Assembly: GCA_002633005.1 (NCBI GenBank)
Contig: NMRA01000766.1
Coordinates: forward strand, 62,001-126,000
Length of the DNA stretch: 64,000 nucleotides
From: Phoronis australis
Taxonomy: Eukaryota; Animalia; Phoronida
Direction: 5' to 3'
Below the pieces are notes generated by a model that worked only from the letters and a program-made list of their open reading frames with translations, was not told the DNA's origin and did no database searches. Below are positions 12,501 through 27,500 of the stretch, in pieces (position 1 is the stretch's first letter; each line of letters starts with the position of its first letter). The position numbers were made by a program, and so were the translations under genes.

Positions 12501-15500
12501 CCTCTTGTGGCAATTGTAATTTTTTGTGTTAGCCTCTGTATCTTCGGAGTTCATGGATAGATTTTTGTGGAGTTAGACAAATAGATTTCTTTTAAGGAGA
12601 TGTCAATGTCTTTTTATTTTCAAACAGCTTCAATGTATTCTGTGCCACCTAAAGACTATTTTTGATAATTTTGATTAATGTTTTGGCAACTTCTTTATCC
12701 ACCACTCTACTCAAAGAATCATTGTTGTGACTTGTAATGGCTATTTTGCCTCTGTATCTGTGGAGTTTTTTTGGCTTATTTTCATGAAATTTAGTAGTAC
12801 TACACACTACACAGTTTTTGGTTAGGTACATGACCCATTCCAATTTTCGGACAAGTTTGAGGTATTCTGAACCATCTAATTGGCATTTTTATGATACTAA
12901 CATACCTAGAAACATGCAGTTGTGGACATCTTTAACTCTGCGTTGCTCTTGTTAATAAAATGGTTACTCGCTTGTGCAGTCAGTAGGCACATTTTAACCA
13001 ACCTTTCTGTTTCTAGCAACAAACATTCGCTGTGGCCCAGGGTACACTTGTTCTCTTGCCCATGCATCCTGCGTCAACAACATTTGTGTGTGTAAGGCTG
13101 GATACGTGCTCCACGATCAGACATGCAAAGGTGAGTTGTTTCTGATGATTAAACTTGGCGCTCGGAAGTTATGCATTAGTCAAGTCATGTTGGTCTTAAC
13201 ACAACTTGTTCATTACGTTTAGCAGAATGCAAAAAGATGATTTCCACCAGCAAACAATTAAGGGTTCACTTAATGCAAAAAGGAGATCTGAAAGAACATC
13301 AGTTTCAACCGTTGGTCAACTACACCAACACTGAGCTGTATCATATCTGTGTCATCTGGTGCTAATTGCTCCCATGGCAAGACTGACATTTAATTAGAAT
13401 GGACTGCGTCATTAAATGGTGCTTTTTTCATTAGTTGACAAACCGTAGTTGCACTTTTCAGCCAAGTCGTCTGTTCCATGTGAGAGTGGAGGATCTAGGT
13501 GTGTAGCTGGTGCAACATGTGACGCTGATACCAAGAAGTGTGAATGTAAATATGGATATTTACCTTATAAGGGAAAATGCACGGGTAAGTCTGCAACGTT
13601 TATATTCTATTAAACAATTTCTCATTTAATCCATAATTTTTCTTTATGTTAATTAATATTTTGCTGAATTTCTTCTTGTGTGTTTAACGTGTAGTACATA
13701 TTATTTTTCGTGATTTTTTTCTTAATGTCTGTTTATATACAGGGGAGGTTTAATCCTCCCTAATCGCAAGGTTTTATTCTCTCAACTCGAATGCAATAAA
13801 GTAATTTGTGCACAATACATCTTGTCAGATTGTCAACATTACGTGTTTGAATGAAGAACTCCATATTTATATGCGGCAGGTCTTGTTGACTAGATGTAGT
13901 AATCACTGACACTTTGTCTTATTCTACTGGACTGTTTTTATTTGGCAGAGCAAGAAAATGTTCCATGCGAGGCTGGAGGGTTTGTGTGTACCCCGCACGC
14001 ATACTGCAAAGCTAGTGGAGAGTGTGTTTGTCTTGATGGCTATGTAAAACGGAAAGGCCTATGCATAGGTATGGACAGGGCTTTACGTGGGTGTGCTGGG
14101 AGGGATTATGTTGTAGTATTGTGTTACTATCTAGCGTAATCATATGTTTGTGTGAATGAAGTATTTCTCTCTGTAATTAGTTCCAATAAATATCTGTTGA
14201 CTCGAACGTGATGTTGCCATTATCGCCTGTAACCTGTCCAATATCATTTCAGATTACTTGGGTGAAAAGGCCCCGAGTGGGCCAGGATAGGTACATGTGA
14301 CCAGCACGACTTTGTGTTTCTCTTACCCATCAGTACACAAGTTCTTTTTAGTTCAATATGTATTGGGTATTTTGTTAGGTGCTAAACATCACTTTGGAAG
14401 ATAATTGCTATTCAACTTGACATTGGCTTTAGTGTACCTTTTCTCCGTCAGATTGTTCTTTATGAATGTGACTATTCCGTTGTTATTGCTACTAAAATGT
14501 TCTTGTAATTTATAAATGTTAACACTGAAGTGCAATTAACCAACACTATTATAGAACATTACGATTGACACTTGAATATCTCATTACCACTGACACTTGA
14601 ATATCTCATTACCACTGACACTTGAACATCTCATTACCATTGACACTTGAACATCTCATTACCACTGACACTTGAACATTTCATTACCACTGACACTTGA
14701 ACATCTCATTACCACTGACACTTGAATATCTCATTACCACTGACACTTGAACATTTCATTACCACTGACACTTGAACATCTCATTACCACTGACACTTGA
14801 ACATCTCATTACCACTGACACTTGAACATCTCATTACCATTGACACTTGAAAATCTCATTACCACTGACACTTGAACATCTCATTACCACTGACACTTGA
14901 ATATCTCATTACCAATTTGTCTATTTATTTCAGATGACTATGATGTTCCGTGTGACCAAGGTAAGCTCTCCACGCTCTTTTGTATCTGATTACTGGCCCA
15001 GTTGAACTAACAGCAGTCTGTTCTGTTCTGTAAGAGAATCCTATGTATTTAGTGTATACTAAATTGACATTATTGGGTCTTTATGGATTACTCTTTTATA
15101 CACGTGATATTTTAAAATTTAAATATTAGCTACACGGATATTGTGGAATATGTTATTTTGTAGCTGAGTTTGATTAGCAAAAATGTAAATCTAAAGCATA
15201 ACAGTCACAGATATGTCAAAGGTTTCATGACAGCTTGTAAATTAAACTTAGTTTGTTTTCTTTATTTATCACTTGGTAATTTCCTAGGTATAGACTGTAT
15301 CCTCTACCCTTTGGTGGACTGATCTGTGAGTTTGTCCTCATTGCTGAAACAGTGCCTAGTTTGAGCTAGTTTTTTTTTACATTGTTAAGAAAACATCAAA
15401 ACGTTTTTATTGTTTCATAAGACACCACAAATTCCCCAGACTGCCTTACTGCTTTGATGGCTAAAGCTAAGCCGCCATGACAAGGAATTTAACAATTTGG

Positions 15501-18500
15501 TCTGAAACTAAAATCTGCTGTCAGTTCTTCATACAGAAATTCTTTCGAATCTGAATAAGGATCAATGTGAGATCGATTTTATTATGGTGTATTTTTACAC
15601 AAGGACTGGGTTTACTGCACTTTTAAATCAGAAGATTTTGTATGTTGTTTCCTGATCTGTAATATTGTTCACAGATGGAGACAACACACCGTGTGCTGAG
15701 GGTGGGAACAAGTGTACTGAGCCCCACACTCACTGTGAGGACTTCAAGTGTGTCTGTAACCTGGGCTATGTTCTGTACCAGGGTGAATGTAAACGTAAGT
15801 TTTGGTGGCTTTACCACACTGTGCACTGAGAGGGGTAACAAGTGTTTAGAGCTCTCAGTCACTGAAGACCTCAAATCTTTTTGTTACCTGGGCTATGTTA
15901 AGTTGACCAAGTTGCATGTAATGGTTGTATGTACCTGTGGTTAGGAAATATTAAAGCCACACTGGTATCTGGAAATTAGAACCATCGGAAGTGTAATGTC
16001 GAGTGTAAATATGATCTGAATATCAAGTTTTACCTGTTACATGTTGGCCATTCATTACTGAATTCAATCAATCTGTACAGCTGTGTTAGTCATATCTGAG
16101 TAGTCCTTGCCTTTAACCTGCTGACCTTCCTTGCAGCACGCAATAATGTCCCTTGTGATAAAGGTGGCCGTAAATGTGATGATATCCACTCACAGTGTGA
16201 TGGTACTTCATGTCAGTGTAACTATGGTTACATACTATACAAAGGTGTCTGTACTGGTGAGTACCTTCTTTTAAGCTGGTTGTACCAAGTGGCACCACGA
16301 ATCAAGCCCAGTTGAAAGGTGCTATGAAATGACTTCTCCAGAACAGAAACTCAGTGCTGTATATGATTTGTTGTTTGTGATAGAAAACATCCTATTTTGA
16401 TAATGGATATTTTGCGACTCTTAAATGACTGGCGAATGGCTGTGTGTTTTCACACGAGACCATTAAGTGAAATAGTAAGTGTAGTTATTGGATCACATAG
16501 GATTTATGTTGTGCAGCAAAGTGATCTATGAATGCTCACATTCGCCAAAACCTTAGTCTACCAAATAACACACAGCCAGTCAGTTTAAAATGGCCATTTA
16601 TATGATATTATAATCCAATATGGAATTCTGATTTTGTTATGAAGTTCAGTTCATGGATTGCATCTCCTGCTAGATTCTCTAGCAGAAAATTATTTTATCA
16701 TATTATTTGAAGTGTACTATTTTAATTTGGGCTTTACAAGAGTACTGCCTTTTAGTGCCTGCTTTGCATTGAGCTTACTGTGAACCTCTTCTCATGCACC
16801 AGATGAGGACCATGTGCCGTGTGAAGCCGGTGGGAAGAAGCCATGCGGTGCAAACGCTCAGTGCAAGAATCGGGTCTGTGTTTGTGATGAGGGTTACGTC
16901 ATGTACCTTGGATCATGCGTAGGTGAGCTGGCAGTGATTACATGAAAAGTGTAGGGTGAGCGCTTAGCCGAACACTGTCCGGTTCATATTATAATTTTCA
17001 AAAGTAGGGGGTCGGTAGTTTGGTGTTGACCTAAATAAATTGATAACGGGATGGTCATTATATGGGGGAAGGGTACGTGTAACTCACTGTGACATACACG
17101 GTGTGATTTTGAAATATGGGTCTACCATTGTCACTCATTTGCTTGATTGAGTGAATTTTTAAAATTTTGCATGAATGTGTAATTTCTAACCTGAATTAGC
17201 GAAACTGCAGTTTTGTAGCCTAAAATATATTAAGAATTTTCATTGATTATCATAGTTTATGGTAATTTGTTGACTTCTGCGGAATACGAGGACATCAAAT
17301 GAAATGAATTCAAATATGGGGGATAGTTTTTCAATTTGGGACTCTATTTTAATTGGTTTTAATAAAAGGGTGAAGTATACATATTATATTACTGAATATA
17401 CTGAGGGAAGGACATTGTTCCAACAATCTCTCAGTGAACAAGAACTCAGTTATTATTTTCTCAAGACACCCAAGATTCATGAGAATAAGTGGCTTTGAAA
17501 ATGAGGAATTTTAATTGTTCCCGTTGCATTTTCTAGAGGATAAAAATGTCCCGTGTCAAAATGGCGGAGAGAAGTGCGACACTAACGAAGTATGTAACGA
17601 GGACACTAAGAAATGTGAATGCGTCGCTGGTACTATCCGCTATAACCAGAAGTGTACAGGTTAGTTAACGTACATAGGTCATATTTTCGGTATCAAACTC
17701 TCAGGTAATTTGAAATTTTTTTACTAAACACTGCTTGTTTGATATGGCTGCATGAACATTTTTTCAGTACCGTATTGCACACAATCTTGTATGTATTATA
17801 TATTTTGTAACATTCTATTGGTCAGTTATTTCTTGCTCGCATGCGCCCAAAAATAAACTTAGTGACTGCGCCAAGGGGCGTCCAAGGTGAGAATTTACGC
17901 AGATGACGCGCTCTCGTGTAAAAGTTGCCCCACTAATTTGTGAAGCATGTAAAAAGTGACTGTCTGCATCCTCACGGCTTTATCAGGTGACAATAAAGTT
18001 ATGTGCTTTCAATTCACTCTTGATTTAGACTACTCAATGACTGCTGTAATGGTTGGTCTCAAGTTGTTTCTTACTTGTATGAGAATGATAGTGATTTTCG
18101 GTGTTGCAAAGAACTGACATTATTGTCATTATTCAAGACCATGCTTGGTGAATAAAATGACATATCATGACAAGTCAACTTGAAGGGAACTTGAGCAATA
18201 ATGAGCTTTCAGTTCTTTTCAAGCCTTGAAATCACTACACATGTCAACCTATATGGAATGTCTGTAGTTTATACAAACTTGATTCAATAAAAGTAGTATG
18301 CGGGCTTATAAATAAGTTATATAGATTCTTTGTAAAAAACTTCAATATTTATCTAGAGCTGTTACAATTCCCACGATGATAAAAAAACGCATAACATTTA
18401 CAAATTAAACATTCTGTACACCACAAAAAGCATAAACAGCCAGTAAAGAGTCTTTTGAAATCGCACATTATCGCATGCAGCTGTACGTGCTACTCACTAG

Positions 18501-21500
18501 TTTGTGCGAGCATGTCTTCTGTTTTCATAATGATTGAATTTATTAATATGTCATGTTGCAATCCAGTTTTGGGATCTTGTGGGTTTTTTCTTTAAATATG
18601 GATGATACATACGGGGGCTTGAAGGGGTGGACGTGCTTGAATCACACCAACCTATTTTGACTGAGGAGCAGTTTTAAGCCAGTCTCATAACAGTAAGTGG
18701 GATAAATCAAAATTTGGATTTGTCATGGAAGGTGAGTTCAATTATTACTACTTTAACTTGCTTGTAGTAGAATTTTATTAAAAATTTTAATGTTCTTTTA
18801 GATGAAAACGAGGTACCTTGTTCACACATGGGTAAAAAGTGCATGCCGAATGCGCACTGTTTCATATCTCGCAAGAAATGCGTTTGTAACCCTGGCTACA
18901 ATAGATTTGGCGATCATTGTGTTTGTAAGTATGTTCGTGAATATTTTTATTGGGAGTTCAAATTTGAAATTGCACTATTTCCTAAAAGTTACTGGACCTA
19001 ATTTCGGTGAATGAAACACTTAAAATTCAAAATAAACCAAATTTTATGTAAGTTATTCTTGGAGAGGAATCATGATCTCCAATCTGGTACAAATATTCCT
19101 AATTTGATGTCCTTGCATTCTCTACCAATTATTGCAAACAATTTAATCGGTGGCCCTAGAATAGCAATGTTTGTCAGACTGCCTACTTTTTGTCACATTA
19201 ATTTTGTCAGTTAAGAACAGATTGATGTTTTTGTCGAAAACACTCAGTGAAAACTTGTGAAAGTTTATTCCAAGCAATTCGAAACCTATCACGAAAGGCA
19301 AAAATCAACAATTCAGCAACTTTAAATGACGTTGATGTACAATATTGAAATTTGATGTCAATATTTTTATTTGAAATTAGTTAAACTTGTTTGTTTTGTC
19401 TGTTGTTTTGTTCACCGTCACCATGGGGACCAGAGGTCTGTTGCAAGTATGATGATAACAATATTTCATTTTGTATGTTGAGCACATGTCATTAAGAACT
19501 ACGTCTAATTTCTCGATGAGTAATGTTTAATGCCTTTTAACAGTTGGGATTCGAACAGCCAGTAGCCACAGTTCCTGAACTTTTTTGACTTCTTTTGTTT
19601 GGGAAGTAAGGAATTAAGTTGGACACTATATTATGATAGAATGTGCTACCTATTGTACAGTTAAACAAAAAAATTGCTATGTCGGCTATATTTAAGTCTG
19701 TAGTCTATTAGAACTGGATCCATCTTTAAAATTTGAACCCTTTTAGTGTTTGAGTGAAAAAATTGGCTAATTGCCAACAGAATAAAAGAGAAACTGCATT
19801 GCTACTGCTGATTCCTTTTTAGGCGTGCTGGACCACAATAATCTGTTGACAAAGCTTGTGTACTTAATTCCCACAAGAGCGCTTATCTGACTAATCTTAA
19901 CCCCTCAAAGGAATCTCCTCAGTTTTGAATAAGGGAGCGACAAATTTTCAGCCTTTTAGCCTTTTCACTGAGCTCAGTTATTTAGCAGAATTGTCGAACT
20001 TGTGTAATGATAACTCTGTTTATCTTGTGCTTAGCTGATGGTGAGCCTTGCAAACTCGGAGGGAAGAAATGTGGTAGTAATGCTCACTGTGTGGTGTCTC
20101 ATGATGGCAGTCGATCATGCGTATGCTATACTGGGTACACAATGGTAGATGGAGTTTGTAAAGGTAAGGAACTGGTGTGTTGGAAGGGGGGGGGGAGTGT
20201 TGTGAGTAGTAGCCACTGTGTAGTGTCTAATGATGGTAGTCGATCATGTGAATGTTATACTGGGTACACAATGGTAGATGGAGTTTGTAAAGGTAAGGAA
20301 CTGGTGTGTTGGAAGGGGGGGGGGAGTGTTGTGAGTAGTAGCCACTGTGTAGTGTCTAATGATGGTAGTCGATCATGTGAATGTTATACTGGGTACACAA
20401 TGGTAGATGGAGTTTGTAAAGGTAAGGAACTGGTGTGTTGGAAGGGGGGGGGGAGTGTTGTGAGTAGTAGCCACTGTGTAGTGTCTAATGATGGTAGTCG
20501 ATCATGTGAATGTTATACTGGGTACACAATGGTAGATGGAGTTTGTAAAGGTAAGGAACTGGTGTGTTGGAAGGGGGGGGGGAGTGTTGTGAGTAGTAGC
20601 CACTGTGTAGTGTCTAATGATGGTAGTCGATCATGTGAATGTTATACTGGGTACACAATGGTAGATGGAGTTTGTAAAGGTAAGGAACTGGTGTGTTGGA
20701 AGGGGGGGGGGAGTGTTGTGAGTAGTAGCCACTGTGTAGTGTCTAATGATGGTAGTCGATCATGTGAATGTTATACTGGGTACACAATGGTAGATGGAGT
20801 TTGTAAAGGTAAGGAACTGGTGTGTTGGAAGGGGAGGAGGGTATTTTGAGTAGTACCCACTGTGTAGTGTCTAATGATGGTAGTCAATCATGTGTATGCT
20901 ATACTGGGTACACAATGGTAGATGGAATGTGTAAAGGTAAGGAACTGGTATGTTGGAAGGGGGGAGGGTGTTTTGAGTAGTACCCACTGTGTAGTGTCTA
21001 ATGATGGTAGTCGATCATGTGTATGTTATACTGGGTACACAATGGTAGATGGAATGTGTAAAGGTAAGGAACTGGTATGTTGGAAGGGGGACGGGGAGTG
21101 TTATAAATAGTGCCCACTGTGTCCAGTGTTGGCTTGAGAATGTGAGTGGTAGATGGAGTGTAGGCATTGTGTCTTGTGAAAAATGATACTAGGTACATAA
21201 AGATAGGTGGAGCGTTTGATACTGAATGTCTGTTGGTAGACATGGTGTGTAAAGGTTAAATACTTGAAGAAACTTGTTGTAATGAGAGTTTTGCTCTGCC
21301 CACCATGCAATGTTAGGGGATTGGGCCATACAAAATAAATTAGAAAATAATATGATTACATTTGTGCTACTTTGACTCACCAAGTTTGTCTAGCTTATTC
21401 TACTGCCTTTTGCATAATTTTGTGTTTTTTGTCTGATTTCTTATAAACCTGACATGCCTCCTAAGGACTTCCAGGCACAATATCGTAATCCCACACGCAA

Positions 21501-24500
21501 TGTATTTACTTCTCATTTCCAGCCAAATGTGGTCAACCTTGCCCTATCTCTCATGGCTCTGTAACCACAAGTGGTCCATATGTTGCCGGGAACGTTGCCA
21601 AATATGTCTGTGACAGTGGCTACTACATGACCGGCTATGACAGCATCACGTGTCTAGATAATGGTCAATGGACACCTTTGACTGCCGTCTGCAAAGGTAG
21701 GACTAGGTCTTTTGTTATAGAAGAAAGCTTGCAGTTATTTGATAAAACAAAATTTTGCTAAGTTTGTTGCCCTGTTGTTATGTGAGTGTGATCGTTTAGT
21801 ATCATTTTCATTCCAAATCAACTGGCCAGTCTTTAAATTGACTGGCAAATCATAATTTGACTGAAGATTCAGTTCAGATATCCAAGTTTGCTAAATACAG
21901 TTCAGTGATTACTTCTGGGGCTTAAGATATGCAGTTACGAACTGTTGGAAAAGTGTGATGGCCAAACACTTGAGCTAATTATGATTACTGTGTGGTGTAG
22001 GTTTAACTGGATAATCAGCATGTGGTGAACATCCTTTAAACAAGATTCCCTCACTCCGGACCACTTTAGTCCACAGCTTGTGTTGTGAGTCGGTGATGCC
22101 TTTGTTTAACTGATAAGCCATGCTGGAAATTACGTTCCAATGAATAGCTCAAGGCTTGGGTTTTTATTTACAAAATCGCTATTACTTGACCAATTTTGAA
22201 AATTCAAGAATGCATGTAGTCTAATTTTTACTCCTCTATTCAAATTTTCCTTCAATTTTCATGTCCCAAAAAGAAAATGGAAAAATAAAGCCTAGATGCT
22301 TTCAAGCCCTCAATTTAGATCAGGGGCCCATTCCAATAAAACTGACTTAGCTAAGACAAATCTTAAATTTTAGTAAATTTTAAGATAAAACTTAAATTTG
22401 TCTCGAGACTGTTTTCAGCAAGAGATCCTAAGTTTGAATTAAGTTTTGGATAAAAGTTCAATCTTAATTTTAACTATGTGACTGGATGTGTAATTTTCAA
22501 AGTATGGAAGTTAAGACAAATCTTAGACTTAAGTCAAAAATGAACTTAAGTCAGTTTCTTGGAACGGGCCCCTGATCTCTGATAACAAAAAGTAATTACC
22601 ATCACTATGTGTCCTTGTGAATAGGGTCACTCTGTTGATGACAAGCCCACTATTAAGAATGGACTGTGGATAGAGCCAGGTCCAGCTGACCACATAATCT
22701 ATGATATTGGAGAATTTCAAAAAGTTCTCCAAATCGATCCTTATCTCAGTTTAGAGGGAATGTTTACAGCATGAGTGGTCTCTCGCAGTACTGGGTAATA
22801 CTGTATTCCCTGTTTGTCGGTGTTTCAGCTGAGTGCGAGACTCCTGACAATATCCCGCACGGGTCTATATCTGCCAGTGGACCATACTATGCTGGTGTTG
22901 TGGTAAAATACACTTGTGACAGTGGCTACAAACTGTTTGGAAAAGCGAGCATCACGTGTCAAGACAACGGGCTGTGGACGCCCACTTTAGCGCAGTGTAA
23001 AGGTATACACAATTACACAGTTACACAATTACACAATTACAGGCTATTGATGAAATGTTGTGGCGCACCTTTTATGATGGTCTATTACCGATGAAGAAAA
23101 AAATGAGTAAAAAAACAGTTGATTTTGTTGAAATGTCAAAGGTTAATCAAAGTTCATAATGAATGAATTTTTTATTTTGCATCAGGCATGAAATGGCAGG
23201 CGTTTTGCAGATAGAAACTATCAGATACCGTATTGCAAAAGGTCATGAAAAGTGTTACAATTTTGACTTTTCATTATTTATTTGAGGGTTTATGGTACAC
23301 TCAATAATGGTTCTTCATAATGGCCTTAAGCTGTTGCTGTAAACAATGTGGTCTGAGCCTCTGCTTGTGTCTTACTTTGTCCCTTGGTCTCTCCCCAGAT
23401 AGTTGTAGTGAGCCTACGCCTATTGCAAACGGAGTTGTCTCATCTATGGGCCCATACTATGCAGGAGATAAGGCCACGTACACATGTAAAGATACGTACA
23501 CGCTGACAGGGGACAGCACTATCACGTGCAAAGATGGCGGCGTATGGACTCCAACCACTGCTATGTGTAAAGGTAAGTGTGATGAGGGGTCTAATGGTGT
23601 TTTGTTTGTATTGCGGCTAAATCACAGGAGAGACCTTCCTCAAGGTTAGGGTAGTTTTTACCTTATTATTTTTCCCACAGTTTAAAGACAACTATTGTGT
23701 TGCATTTTCTAACTAAAGGTAAAGTGCAACTTAACTAACTACGATAAAAAATTCTCCAATTTTTAGACAGTGAAAAACTAGTTATTTTGCTCAAGGTTGG
23801 AGCTGATCCCAAATTCTTAAAAATAGGCAATATTGGCTGTTCCAAATTTAAAAATCACTTGAAAATAGCAAAATTACCTTCTCTGTAGAATAAATTAGAT
23901 AGAAAACATTGTCCAAAATTTGAAAAATATTTATGCCAAAATTACCCGTCCCAAATTTTTTGGGGAGTTTCTGTGTCCCAAATTAGAGAATTTTTACCAT
24001 GATAAGTCATTGTAATGTAATCACTCGTGGCATTCTTGAACAATAAATGTCAACACAGAGGTGGATAATTGCCAAGTAAAAATATTTCGCCTCACCTAAT
24101 TCACATCCCCTCAGTTTTGCACCTTGGAAAATTCCAAAATGAACTCCTATCTTTGATTCTAGTAATACACGCCACTTTAAGCTTGTTAATAATGTCTGAG
24201 CTCTGTTTATTCCCCTCTTCATCTGTATGGGATATATCATGCTGTTGCAAACACAAGGGGAAAGAGGCGGCCTAGATGACTGTCGTGATCCAGAGGCATT
24301 TGCTCAGCAGAAAATTTCACCAGCAATTGGCAACCTATAGGCCTCATTTTGGTAAATTGGCACATGGCCATATGGCGGTACCTGTTATTCATTTCTTTTA
24401 ATTTACTCACCAGTCCATCACGAAGACTGAATGTTCAGTTTATTTTGCATGGTCGAACTATTGGGAAATGGAATTTAATTTTAAAAATTTGTGTGTGAAA

Positions 24501-27500
24501 TCAGTGCAGAATTACTGTAGCATTATTATTTTAATCGTCCAAGTACCCCCAAAAATGTACTGTTACACAACATAGAGGAGGGTGCTATACGGGATATGCA
24601 ATACGGCCATTACTTCACTCCATTTAACTATAGATGAATAGTATACATCAAGCAGAAGTGAGCTGTAATCAAAATATGGTTATTTTTCTTAGATTTTTAT
24701 GAAACCTCAATCCGCTCCTTTGCTTGCTTCAGCGGAGTGCAGCGAACCTCCGACCATTACACACGGTTCATTCTCTACCAGTGAGCCTTACATCACTGGC
24801 GTCGTGACCACATATACATGTGATGATGGGTTTTCTCTGATTGGCTCAAATACGATCACATGTCAAAGTAATCACAAGTGGTCACCAGCCCCACCTCAGT
24901 GTAAAGGTGAGTTCCTGAGCTTGGAGTGAATTTCCATGTAGTTATGTGTCACACTTACAATGCAATTGATTTGACACTTACGCTGGGGCATCACTAGTTA
25001 GATGGTGTAAAATTTGTAAGTGAAGATTGTCACCATATTTACCTTGGTCACCTTGAGATATTCCATAGTTTATTTCCAATCATTTTCATATCGTTATTCT
25101 GCTCAGACGTACTTCTTGGGACCTCTTGATCAACCTGCAGAAAATTGCTGTGCCCATTGGAGTTCATTGATATCTTATAAAGAGGGTATCATAGCTACTG
25201 TAACATTGCTATGCTTAACATTTCTCTGTTCTTTGTCTTTAGCCAAGTGTAGTGACCCCAGCCCTATCCCCTATGGATCTGTGTCTTCAACTGGTCCCTA
25301 TGTGGCTGGGGACAAGGCCACATTTGTCTGCCAGTCTGGTTATCACCTGATTGGTGACGACACCATAACTTGTAAGAATGATGGAACATGGACACCCACC
25401 CAGGCTGTATGTAAAGGTAAACAACTTCGGAGCTCTATTATACTATCATGTTGTTCAGATTACTTTGTGAAAAGGAAGACACCTGGTAATCTTAAAGGAT
25501 TAATGGGAGACATTGCCAGCCACCTTTATCTGGTCATAACTAGAGCTGAAACAATCCGTCAAGTACATTCTGTTAGTAGATTGATGAAGCTCTGACTTTA
25601 ATCATTGTCTTTTATTGCTCTCAATCTAAAAATGGTTTTCCTCCTTATACAATTATTCTGGAGCAAAGTAAAACTTGTATAAAGATAACCAACCTTTTTA
25701 ATGAATCAATTTCTAGGTAAATGCGATGCCCCACCATCCATTTCACATGGTTCAGTGTCGGCCAGTGAACCATATGTAACAGGATCTACTGCCACATACT
25801 CATGTGATTATGGCTTCAAACTTGTTGGTTCAAGTACTGTCACATGTCAGAACACAGGAGAGTGGAGCCCAGCGCCACCTACATGCAAAGGTAAACATTG
25901 TCAAGAATAAAGTCTTGCTGGTTTTGTCAAACATTTTCAGTGTGTTTTTGTGTGTTTGACTTTTGATAATGTTATATAGAGAGTAACCTTTCTACATAAC
26001 ATTGCTATGCTTAACATTTCTCTATTCTTTGTCTTTAGCCAAGTGCAGTGACCCCAGCCCTATCCCCCATGGATCTGTGTCTTCAACTGGCCCCTATGTG
26101 GCTGGGGACAAGGCCACATTTGTCTGCCAGTCTGGTTATCACCTGATTGGTGACGACACCATAACTTGTAAGAATGATGGAACATGGACACCTACCCAGG
26201 CTGTATGTAAAGGTAAACAATTTAACCAGAGCTTTAGTGCTGTATACTGCAGAATGTGAAACTTCTTGAAGTGAGAGATGAGCAATAATTTTAAAGGATT
26301 GATGCGAACTGGCTCTTTTTATCTCTAGTCGTGACTAGATCAGAAACAATTCATCAAGAACATTTTTTTTGTGGAATGGCTTAGTTGTGTTATATGTGTC
26401 ATTGGCTTTGTGGCTTAAATCACATTGTTTTTGATTGCTGTTAATCAATTCACTACTTTCGTTCACATATTTATTCTGAAGCAAAGGAAAAGCTGTATAT
26501 TAAGATAACCAACCTTTCTAATGAATCCATTTCTAGTTAAATGCGGTGCCCCACCATCTATTTCACATGGTTCAGTGTCGGCCAGTGAACCATATGTAAC
26601 AGGATGTACTGCCACATACTCATGTGATTATGGCTTCAAACTTGTTGGTTCAAGTACTGTCACATGTCAGAACACAGGAGAGTGGAGCCCAGCGCCACCT
26701 ACGTGCAAAGGTATACATTGTCAAAAATAAAATCTTTCTGGTTTTGTCAAATGCTTCCAGTTTTTTGCGTGTTTGACCTTTGAGAGTGTTACTCTTCTCT
26801 TGGCACATCTTATGTCATGGCTGTCTGTATTTCGGAACTTTGCTATAATTCTGATTGAATTTGTCTTTTATTATTTTTGTAGAATCAGTTTTATGAACTG
26901 ATGGCTTGTTGTTTGAGTTCTAACCATCCATCCACTTAGTCCATATTCTAAAATGATCAGTCAAGTAAACTAGTGTACAGAATATTGATCTAGTTATTGG
27001 GGTCTTTTACAGTCATCATTTGACCTAGTTATTGGGGTCTTTTATGGTCATCATGCACAAAAACTGATGGTTCCATTGGCTGCATTGATGACTTAACGAC
27101 AGTAACACTTTTCTGCGTAACAATTTTTTTATTCTTTGTATGCAGCCAAGTGCAGTGAACCCACCCCTATCCCCTATGGATCTGTGTCTTCAACTGGCCC
27201 CTACGTGGCTGGGGACGAGGCCACATTTGTGTGCCAGTCTGGTTATCACCTGATTGGTGACGACACCATAACTTGTAAGAATGATGGAACATGGACACCC
27301 ACCCAGGCTGTGTGTAAAGGTAAACAACTTCGGAGCTCTATTACACTATCATGTTGTTCAGATTACTTTGTGAAATGGAAGACACCCGGTAATCTTAAAG
27401 GATTAATGGGAGACATTGCCAGCCATCTTTATCTGGTCATAACTAGAGCTGAAACGATCTGTCGAGTACATTCTGTTAGTAGATTTATGAAGCTGTGACT

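Noticed and set aside
14566-14915. CRISPR-like periodic array
   Set aside because: Head-to-tail 25-bp units with no unique spacers, eukaryotic context and no cas genes; it is a minisatellite.
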